Of a stretch of 64,000 nucleotides of DNA, positions 38,490-49,000 are shown in pieces. Position numbers and translations under genes: made by a program. The stretch comes from a virus. Numbering within the stretch: position 1 is the stretch's first letter; each line of letters opens with the position of its first letter. Below the pieces are notes generated by a model. That model was not told the origin of the DNA, searched no databases, and saw only the letters and a program-made list of their open reading frames with translations. The stretch is taken from IMG/VR virus record IMGVR_UViG_3300037847_007805, positions 1 to 64,000 of that record. One strand, 5' to 3'.

Positions 38490-38781
38490 CATTTTAAATC
38501 CACCTCAAAATAATAATTGGGAAGAAAATGACAATTTCGCATCTAATACACTTGCTAAGGGCGAAGGTATCGTAAAAGACATCGTAGATGGTGCTAAAGA
38601 TACTTTTAATCTTGCTGTAGAAGAAGCAAAAACTGTAGCACCTGATGTAGTTGATGTTTTTGAAGAATCATCAGACAGGTTGAATGCAGAGCCAAGAATT
38701 ATAAAGGCTGTACCTAACAACTATTTGGTTTATGGAGTTGTATTGTTAGCATCTTATATTATTGTCAAGAAGGTGCTGTAA
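38473..38781 (+). CDS. C-terminally anchored protein
   Basis: C-terminal TM + KK. Confidence 0.65.
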   Translation: MENANNILNPPQNNNWEENDNFASNTLAKGEGIVKDIVDGAKDTFNLAVEEAKTVAPDVVDVFEESSDRLNAEPRIIKAVPNNYLVYGVVLLASYIIVKKVL

Positions 38782-39344
38782 TGAGAAAACTGTTTTTTTA
38801 CGGTGGTATTGGTATTATAGGTTACGCTTTTTATTCATATTTTAAAAAGCAATATAACCTTGCGGTAAACTATACCTATCGTTTAAAAGACATCAATGTC
38901 CTTGAACTAACAAAAGAAAAAGCAACCTTAGATTGTACAGTAGAAATTAAAAATAAATCCTCTTTTCAAGTAGAAATAAGAGGCTGGGATTTAGTTTTTA
39001 AATACAAGGGTGTTGAATTTGCTGACACAAAAAGCAATGAAAGATTTGCAATACCACCTGATTCAGTATTTTCTGTAAGTGCAGTTGGAGATTTAGATTT
39101 TACTAATTACAAAAGTGTTTTGTACCCCGCAGTTTTAGATATACTGTCAAGAAAACCGATTGACGTTCAAGTTGATGGAAAGCTATTTGTAACTTTCATG
39201 GGAATAAATAGAACAATTAATTTTAGTGATGAAGAATTTAGATATTCAGATGATATTATTGAAGAAGTTGGTTTAGGTAAAAAATATGATAAAACTTTAG
39301 CAAAAATCCAAGATATATTCGGTAAAATTGGAGTAAAAGTTTAA
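38781..39344 (+). CDS. membrane-anchored LEA_2/WHy-like domain protein
   Basis: N-terminal TM; VEIKNKSSFQVEI...YKGVEFA...IPP. Confidence 0.6.
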   Translation: MRKLFFYGGIGIIGYAFYSYFKKQYNLAVNYTYRLKDINVLELTKEKATLDCTVEIKNKSSFQVEIRGWDLVFKYKGVEFADTKSNERFAIPPDSVFSVSAVGDLDFTNYKSVLYPAVLDILSRKPIDVQVDGKLFVTFMGINRTINFSDEEFRYSDDIIEEVGLGKKYDKTLAKIQDIFGKIGVKV

Positions 39345-39374
39345 TTTTACAAAATAAGAAACATTTAAAAAGAC

Positions 39375-39770
39375 ATGATACAGCAGATTACGAGTAAAAT
39401 TATGCTTGGTGGTATTTGTAAATATGCAAATATATATCAAGATGAAGAAAAAAATGTTCAGATAAGAGTGTCTAAAAATGGAGAAGATTCATTGAATTAT
39501 GAAATGTGTCAAAATTGGCAACCAAAAGAATCGGTAACTTTTAAAGACATACTTAATAAAAAAATAGACATTCTTGGTTATGAGCAACTGTCTACTCCTT
39601 TTTTGCTTAAGTCATTAAACTTATATCAAAAAGAGTTTGAGGCAGAAAATGAAACATTGAGCATATTTCTCTTTAACAGAAATGATAAAGTGGGATTAGC
39701 TGTTTTTGAAGATAAGAAAAATTTAAAATTATTAACTCTATCAAAACATTTTGAGCAATTAGGATTATAA
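39375..39770 (+). CDS. hypothetical protein
   Basis: ORF in operon. Confidence 0.65.
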   Translation: MIQQITSKIMLGGICKYANIYQDEEKNVQIRVSKNGEDSLNYEMCQNWQPKESVTFKDILNKKIDILGYEQLSTPFLLKSLNLYQKEFEAENETLSIFLFNRNDKVGLAVFEDKKNLKLLTLSKHFEQLGL

Positions 39771-40049
39771 ATGGCTACTACAAGAAGAAAGACCGTGAGT
39801 GTGAGCAACGCTGATATTAATTGGATTAAAGACCAATTACTTGAACAGCACACAGTTTTGATGAAACTTAACCAAACTATAATTGGGGATAAAGAGTACG
39901 GTCAAAAAGGTCTTGTCGAGCAAGTAAATGACCATAGAAGGTACATTCTTAAAGACCAAAATCTCAAAGCTAAATTTGTGGGCGGTACAACTGTAGTAGG
40001 TGTTGTATGGACTTTATTGCTCAAGTTTTGGGATAAAATTTTTGCTTAA
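39771..40049 (+). CDS. small membrane protein
   Basis: IIGDKEYGQKGLV, C-terminal TM. Confidence 0.65.
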   Translation: MATTRRKTVSVSNADINWIKDQLLEQHTVLMKLNQTIIGDKEYGQKGLVEQVNDHRRYILKDQNLKAKFVGGTTVVGVVWTLLLKFWDKIFA

Positions 40050-40052
40050 AAT

Positions 40053-43000
40053 ATGAGCATTCAGGTATCTTTAGCCAACGATATTAAAGTCGTTCAGGGC
40101 AATGGTTTAGCTATCTTTTTAGATAGTGATACAAACCTTTTAACCCTGAAAGATACTAATGGGTGTGTTCAAGCCCTCGACAGTTATATATTACAAGAGG
40201 GGATTACTGAAATTATAGCGGGTTGTTGTATAACAGGTGGTGGCACATCTGCAATAGTTACAATTAATCACGCAGACACTTCTTCATTAGATGGCGATTA
40301 TGGTGCTACAGGTTCTCAAAATGGCTGTTACATCAAATCTGTTACAGTTGATGGTCTTGGACATTTAACAGGTGTAACAAGTGCTAATTTTGATACAAGA
40401 TATTTAGGAATTTGTGCTTGTGCTTGTGATTCAGCTTCGTTAAACGCTTTAGACCCTGATTACTATTTAAACTTTTGTAATTTTTTCAATGTCCCACCAT
40501 TAGGAGATATAACTGATGTTGTTGCAGGAGATGGTTTAGGCGGTGGTGGTTGTTGTGGTTGTATTACTTTATGTAACACAGATAAAGGTTCAGACCAAGC
40601 AATTATAAAAAGAATTGCAGATAATTCTTCAACAGTATTTACAGCTTCCACCAATAATGATTTGTTTTGTATTGTTGGAACAGGGGCTATAAGCACATCT
40701 ATAAGTGGAGATACTTTAACAATATCTTCTTCAACTGTTGCTAATAATTGTCAAATTGAGGTTTCGGCAGGTACAGGTTTAAGTGGTGGTGGCTGTTTTA
40801 ACTTAAATCAAAGTTCTAATTGTACACTTACTATTAATAACTGCGATAGAGGTTCACAGCAAAATATATTTAAAAACATTGCTGTATCAGGACAAAATAC
40901 AATTATTGCAGGTTCAAATACAGCCACATTAACTTTAGTTGAGGGTGCTAACATTGATATTACTACTTGTACTACTGATGGTTCGGTAACAATAAGCAGT
41001 ACACAGTCAGCCCCAAATAATTGTCAAATACAAATTACAGGCGGAGATGGGCTTGGGGGAAGTGCAACCTTTACTTTAAATCAAGCAACAAATGGTAGTT
41101 TCTCACTTTGTAATACAGACAAAGGTTCTGACCAATGCTTTTTTCAAAACATTGCGGTTGTTGGTTCATGCACGATAACAGCAGACAGTAATGCCGACAC
41201 CGTTTGTTTATCAGCAGGAACAGGAATTACTCTAACCTCTGACAGTTCTCAAGATTTAATTACGATAGGTACTACAGCTACAGGCTGTACAGGAACAGTA
41301 ACCGAAGTATGTGTACAAAGTGGCACAACAGGTTCTGATTTTAATGTTTCGGGTAGCCCGATTACAACTTCAGGAACAATTACTTTAAACTTGCCCATAG
41401 CAAGTGCGACCAAAACAGGTAAATTATCATGCACAGATTGGGCAACATTTAATAGTAAAACGTCATGCACAGGAACAGTAACAAGCGTAGGGTTCTGCAC
41501 AGCAGAAGGGGGAACAGATGTCAATGTATCAGGAAGTCCGATAACGTCAAGCGGGGACATAACATTGAACATACCGATTGCAAGTGCAACAAAAACAGGT
41601 AAATTATCATCAACTGATTGGAGTGATTTTGATGCAAAAGTAGATGATGTAACAGCAGGTTCAGGTATTGCGGTAAGTGGAACTGATACTATTGAAGTAA
41701 CAAATACTGACAAAGGTTCAGACCAATGTATATTTAAAACATTTGCAGTTTCAGGACAAAATGATATTGTAGCTGATTCAAATAGCGACACGCTTACTTT
41801 TGCAGGTTCAGGTATTGCAATTACAACTGATGATGCTACAGACACCATTACATTCACCGTTACTGATGCAGGTGGTACGGTTACAGAGATTTGTGGTGCA
41901 GTAGGAACAACGGGAACAGATTTTAATGTTTCAGGAAGTCCAATCACGACAAGTGGAACTCTAACCTTTAACCTTCCTGATGCGAGTGCAACCTCAAGAG
42001 GTGCATTAACAAGTACAGATTGGAGTACATTTAATTCTAAAACAACTTGCACGGGTACAGTAACAAGTGTCCAAATTGGTGGGGGAGAAGGAATTGTAGC
42101 CACAGGAACTAATCCTGTTACAACAAGTGGTACTATAAATCTTGCAGTTTGCCTTAATGAATTAACAACAACAACAGATAATGATTGCGGTTGTTATTTT
42201 GCTGTAGTAGATTCTTCAGGTGTACAAAGTAAACTTTGTAAATCAAACATAAATAATTCAGGATTCAACAATGATGCGGGATATACAACCTGTACAGGAA
42301 CTGTATCGAGTGTAGGATTGTCAGCAGGAACAGGAATATCTGTTTCAGGAAGCCCCGTTACGGGAAGCGGAACTATGACGGTTACAAATACTGACCGTGG
42401 TTCTTCTCAATGCATTTTTAAATGTGTGGCTGTTTCAGGACAAACAACAATAGAAGCTGATAGCAATGCCGATACATTAACCTTTGCAGAGGGAACGGGT
42501 ATTACTATAACAACTGATGATTCAACAGATACTATTACGATTTCAAATGAAGGTGCAGACGGAACAGTTACTTGTATAAATTTTGCTACAGATGAATCGG
42601 GTACTAATGTAGGGGTGTCAGGTGTTCCGATTACAACAAGCGGAACAATAACTTTATCTATACCTGAAGCAAGTGCTACTTCTACAGGTAAACTTACTGC
42701 AACTGATTGGAGTACATTCAACTCTAAAACCACTTGTACGGGTACTGTAACAAGTGTTGGTCTTACAACGGGAACAACAGGGACAGATGTAAATGTTTCA
42801 GGAAGCCCCGTTACAGGAAGTGGTAATATAACTTTAAATATACCTACTGCAAGTGCTACAAAGAGAGGTGCATTATCCTCTACTGATTGGAGTACATTTA
42901 ACTCCAAAACTACTTGTACAGGTACAGTAACAAGCGTGGGTCTTGCTACTGATGAAACGGGAACAGACGTAGCTGTATCGGGAAGCCCTGTAACGGGAAG

Positions 43001-46000
43001 TGGAGATATAACGCTTTCTATTCCTGTGGCAAGTGCAACTAAAACAGGTAAATTATCAAATACAGATTGGACTACATTTAATTCTAAAACAACCTGTACA
43101 GGAACTGTAACAAGTGTTTCAGGCGGGGCAGGTTTAACGGGAACTGTAACAACTTCAGGCTCTATTTGTGTTGATTATGCAGGTGCAGATAATATAATTT
43201 TAGCAAGTCCTTGTACAGCTACAGGCACATTAGATGTCGATGACTTTATTATGATAAATAATTGTAACACAAATAATGTTACAAAATCAGCTATATCTAA
43301 TTTACCTTTCTCAAATTGTTCAGGAACTGTTACAAGCGTAGGTTTAACCACAGGAACAACAGGTACTGATGTAAATGTATCGGGAAGTCCTGTAACGGGT
43401 AGTGGGGACATTACCTTAAATATACCCGATGCAAGTGCAACCTCAAGGGGTGCTTTAACAAGTACAGATTGGTCTACATTTAATTCAAAAACGACTTGTG
43501 TTGGTACGGTTACAAGCGTAGGTATTACAAGTGGTGGTGGATTAAGTGTTTCAGGTAGCCCTATAACTACAAATGGAGATATAACTGTTACAAATACAGA
43601 TAAAGGTTCTGACCAATGCATATTCAAAACTTTTGCAGTTTCAGGTCAAGATGATATTGTAGCCGATTCTAATAGTGATACTGTTACTTTTGCAGGTTCA
43701 GGTATTGCGATTACAACCGATAATACTACAGATACAATAACATTTACAGTTACCGATGCAGGTGGTACGGTTACAGAGATTTGTGGTGCGGTTGGAACTT
43801 CAGGAAGTGATTTTAACGTAACAGGAAGTCCAATAACGACAAGCGGAACTCTAACCTTTAACCTTCCGACAGCGAGTGCAACAAAACGAGGTGCTTTATC
43901 AAGTTCAGATTGGACTTCATTTAATTCTAAAGTAGACGATGTAACCGCAGGTGCAGGTATAAGTGTAACAGGTTCGGGTACTAAAACCGTTACAAATACA
44001 ACCTGCATATTTAAAAATATAGCTTCAACAGGTCAATCCACTTTAGTTGCAGACAGCTTGACTGATACGGTAAATATAGAATCAGGAACAGGGATTTCTA
44101 TAACTACAGATGATACTACTGACACCTTAACTATAGCAAACACACTTAGTGTATCTGATTGTACAATCTGTATTCAAGCAGGTTCAGGTCTTGGTGGTGG
44201 TGGAGATTTTACCTTAAATCAAAGTTCAGGTGAAACTGTAACTTTAACAAATGCTGACAAGGGTTCTTCCCAATGCATTTTCAAAAATATAGCTGTTTCA
44301 GGTCAAAACACAATTTCAGCAGACAGCAATGCCGACACACTTACTTTTGCAGGTTCGGGTATAGCAATTACAACTGATGATAGTACAGACACGGTTACGT
44401 TTACAGTAACAGATGCAGGTGGTACAGTAACCTGTATAAATGCAGTTGCTTGTAATACAGGTTCAGATATTTCTGTTACAGGAGTTCCAATTACCACAAG
44501 TGGAGAAATATGTATTAACATACCGACAGCAAGTGCAACTAAACGAGGTGCTTTATCATCTACAGATTGGTCTACATTCAATAGCAAAACAGATTGTACG
44601 GGTACAGTTACAAGCGTATCGGGTGGAGTAGGTCTTACAGGAACAGTAACAAGTTCAGGAAATATAAATGTAGATTACTTAGGTACAGACAATATAATTT
44701 TATCAGCTACAAATTGTGAAGGTGCTTCAGCTTCTTCAGGATTTACATTACTATTAAATGATGATTCCACTTGTAATGTCGGAAGATATGAATTAAGTGA
44801 TTTACCATTTTCAAATTGTGGTGGAACTGTTACAAGCGTAGGTTTAACAACTAACGAATCAGGAACAGATGTTTCAGTATCGAACAGTCCAATTACAAGT
44901 AGCGGGGATATTACCCTATCAATACCGATTGCAAATGCGACCAAAACAGGTAAATTATCTAATACAGATTGGAGTACATTTAACGCAAAAACTACTTGTG
45001 TTGGAACAGTAACAAGTGTAGGAATTACAAGTGGCGGGGGCTTAAGTGTATCAGGTAGTCCGATTACAACAAACGGTGATATAACCGTAACAAATACAGA
45101 TAAAGGGTCTGACCAATGTATATTTAAAAATATAATAGTTTCGGGTCAAGACACTATATCTGCCGAAATAAATGATGATAGCTTAACCCTTATTGCGGGT
45201 ACAAATATGTCTATCTCAACAAATTGCACTTTAGATTCAATAACCTTTGCTTCGACAGGAACAACTTGCACAGGAACAGTTACAAGTGTTGGGCTTACAG
45301 CAGGTACAGGAATATCTGTTTCAGGAAGTCCAATTACAAGTAGTGGCTCTATTACAGTTTGTAATACTGATAAAGGTTCAGACCAATGCATATTTAAAAC
45401 TTTTGCGGTTTCAGGTCAAGATGATATTGTTGCTGATTCAAATAGTGATACTCTTACTTTGGTAGGTTCAGGAATTGCAATCACAACTGATGACACAACC
45501 GATACAATTACTTTTACTGTAACTGATGCAGGTGGAACTGTAACTTGTGTTTGTACTACAGCACCTTTAACAGGGGGTAATTTTTCTACTACGGGTACAA
45601 TAGGTATTACCGAAGCAGATTCAACAACAGATGGTTATTTATCATCTACAGATTGGAATACATTTAACGATAAAACCGATTGTACAGGAACTGTTACAAG
45701 CGTTGGACTTACAGCAGGTTCAGGTATTTCTGTTTCAGGAAGCCCTATAACAGGAAGTGGGTCTATAACTGTTACGAACTCTGACAAAGGTTCTGACCAA
45801 TGTATGTTTAAGTGTATTGCTGTAGCGGGACAAGATACTATTGTAGCTGATAGTAACACCGATACTCTTACAGTTGTCGGTGGAAATAATATATCAGTTT
45901 TAACAAATGCCACAAGTGATACTCTAACTATTTGTACTATATCTACATCATGCACAGGTACTGTTACGAGTGTTGGTCTTTGTACGGGTACTGCGGGTTC

Positions 46001-49000
46001 AGATGTAAATGTTACAGGCACACCTGTTACAAGTAGTGGTAACATAACTTTAAATGTTCCAACAGCGAGTGCAACGAAACGAGGTGCTTTATCTTCTACA
46101 GATTGGTCTACTTTTAATAGTAAAACTGATTGTGTAGGAACTGTTACAAGTGTAGGTTTAACAGCAGGTACGGGAATATCTGTATCAGGAAGCCCTGTAA
46201 CAAGTAGTGGCTCAATAACTGTATGTAATACTGACAAAGGTTCTTCGCAATGTATTTTCAAATCTATCGCAGTATCAGGACAAAATACTATTACAGCAGA
46301 TAGCAATGCCGACACACTTACATTTGCAGGTTCAGGTATAGCTATTACGACTGACGATAGTACCGATACTGTAACATTTACAGTAACTGATGCGGGTGGA
46401 ACTGTTACAGAGGTTTGTGCAGTTACAGGAACATCGGGTACAGATTTTAATATAGGTGGAAGTCCAATTACTACAAACGGAACTCTAACCTTCAATCTCC
46501 CTGTTGCTTCGGCTTCAGCTACAGGTAAATTATCTTCAACTGATTGGAATACATTTAATAATAAAACTGATTGCACGGGAACGGTTACAAGCGTTTCAGG
46601 TAGCAATGGATTATGTGGAAGTGTTACAACTTCAGGAAGTATTTGTGTAGATTATGCAGGAGTTGATAACATAATTTTATCAGCAACAGACGTAACGGGT
46701 AATACTATAGGTTCAACCGATAAATTACTTATTTCTTGTCAAACTAATGGTAATGTTGGTTATTATTGTGTATCTGATTTACCATTTTCAAATTGTACAG
46801 GTACTGTTACAAGTGTAGGATTAACAGCAGGTTCGGGTATTTCCGTTTCAGGTAGCCCTATAACGGGTAGTGGCTCAATGACTGTTACTAACTCTGATAG
46901 AGGTTCTTCTCAATGTATCTTTAAAACTTTTGCTGTATCAGGACAAAACGATATTGTAGCTGATTCAAATAGCGACACAGTAACTTTAGTAGGTTCAGGT
47001 ATTGCAATAACTACAGACGATTCTACAGATACAATAACATTTACTGTTACAGATGCAGGGGGTACGGTAACAAGTGTAGGATTGTGTACAGGAACTACAG
47101 GTACAGATATAAATGTTTCAAATACACCTATTACTACAAGTGGTAATATAACTTTAAACGTACCAACCGCAAGTGCATCAAATCGTGGTGCTTTATCAAG
47201 TACAGATTGGAGTACATTTAACGACAAACTTGATGATGTTACCGCAGGTGTAGGTATATCCATTTCAGGTTCAGGAAATAAAACTATATGCAATAGTGAT
47301 AGAGGTTCTGCACAATGTATATTTAAAAAGGTGGCAGTTTCAGGACAAGCTACAATTCAAGCTGACACAAATGATGACACGCTTACTTTTGCAGAAGGTA
47401 CAGGCATTACAATTACAACAAATGATACAACCGATACTGTTACGATAAGTAGTTCAATCGTTGGTGATATTACTTGCGTGGGTGCAGGTGCAGGACTAAC
47501 GGGTGGGGGTAGCACAGGTGATGTAACATTATGCGTAGATTATGGTAGTACAGGTCTGATTGCAGATGCAACTTGTGTTGGTTCAGTAAGTAGTTCAGAT
47601 TTCTTATTAGTAGGTTTAGCCGATAGTAGTTCAGGAGAAACAAGAAAAATTGAAATAGTTGATTTCTTCTCTTGTGTCGGTGGAGATATAACAGGAGTAA
47701 CAGGCTCGGGTGGACTATGTGGTGGTGGAACTTCAGGTGCTGTAACTGTTTGTGTAGATTATGAGGGTGCTGACAACATTATTTGTACAGCTTCTTCATG
47801 TGAAGGCACAGCTATAGGAACAGGTGATGCAATAATTGTTAATGAAGATGCATCAGATTGTGTTAGACGACATTTAGTAAGTGATTTACCATTTTCAAAT
47901 TGTACAGGTACTGTTACAAGTGTAGGTTTGACCGCAGGTTCAGGAATTTCGGTTTCAGGAAGTCCAATAACGGGTAGTGGTTCAATGACTGTTACTAACT
48001 CTGACAGGGGTTCTTCACAATGTATTTTCAAAACTATAGCCGTATCAGGTCAAAGTGATATAGTCGCAGATACAAATAGCGATACTTTAACATTTGCAGA
48101 GGGAACTAATGTTACAATAACCACAAACGCTACAAGTGATACTCTTACTATTTCTTCATCTGCAACAACTTGTACAGGAACTGTAACAAGTGTAGGTCTT
48201 ACAACGGGTACAACAGGGACAGATGTAAATGTTTCAGGAAGTCCAATTACAGGAAGTGGTGATATTACTTTAAATATACCTACTGCAAGTGCATCAAATC
48301 GTGGTGCTTTATCATCTACAGATTGGTCTACATTCAATGATAAAACTGATTGCTTAGGAACTGTTACAAGTGTAGGTTTAACAGCAGGTACGGGAATATC
48401 AGTTTCAGGAAGCCCTATTACAAGTAGCGGGTCAATGACTGTTACGAACTCTGATAGAGGTTCTTCACAATGCATATTTAAAACGATTGCTGTTTCAGGA
48501 CAAAGTGATATTGTAGCAGATACAAATAGTGATACACTTACATTTGTTGGTTCGGGTGTTACAATTACTACAGATGCATCAACCGATACAGTTACTTTCA
48601 CAGCTACACAGGGAGATATTACAGGTGTTACAGGAACAAGTGGTCTTTGCGGTGGTGGAACAGTAGGAGATGTTTCAGTATGTGTAGATTATGCAGGTAC
48701 AGATAACATTATTGCTTGTTCCCCTTGTACAGCAACGGGTACACTTTCTACAAGTGATTGTATTATGATTAGTAACAATGCTACTAACAATGTTACTAAA
48801 GCAACAATAGGTTTATTACCATTCTCAAATTGTCAAGGTGATATAACAAACGTAACAGCTACTTGTGGATTGTGTGGCGGTGGTGCTTCAGGTAGTGTAT
48901 CAGTTTGTGTTGATTATTGTGGAAGTGATAATATAATTTTAGCCTCACCATATCCTGCGTTTGTAATCAATTCAAGTGATAAAATTCTTACTACAAACAC

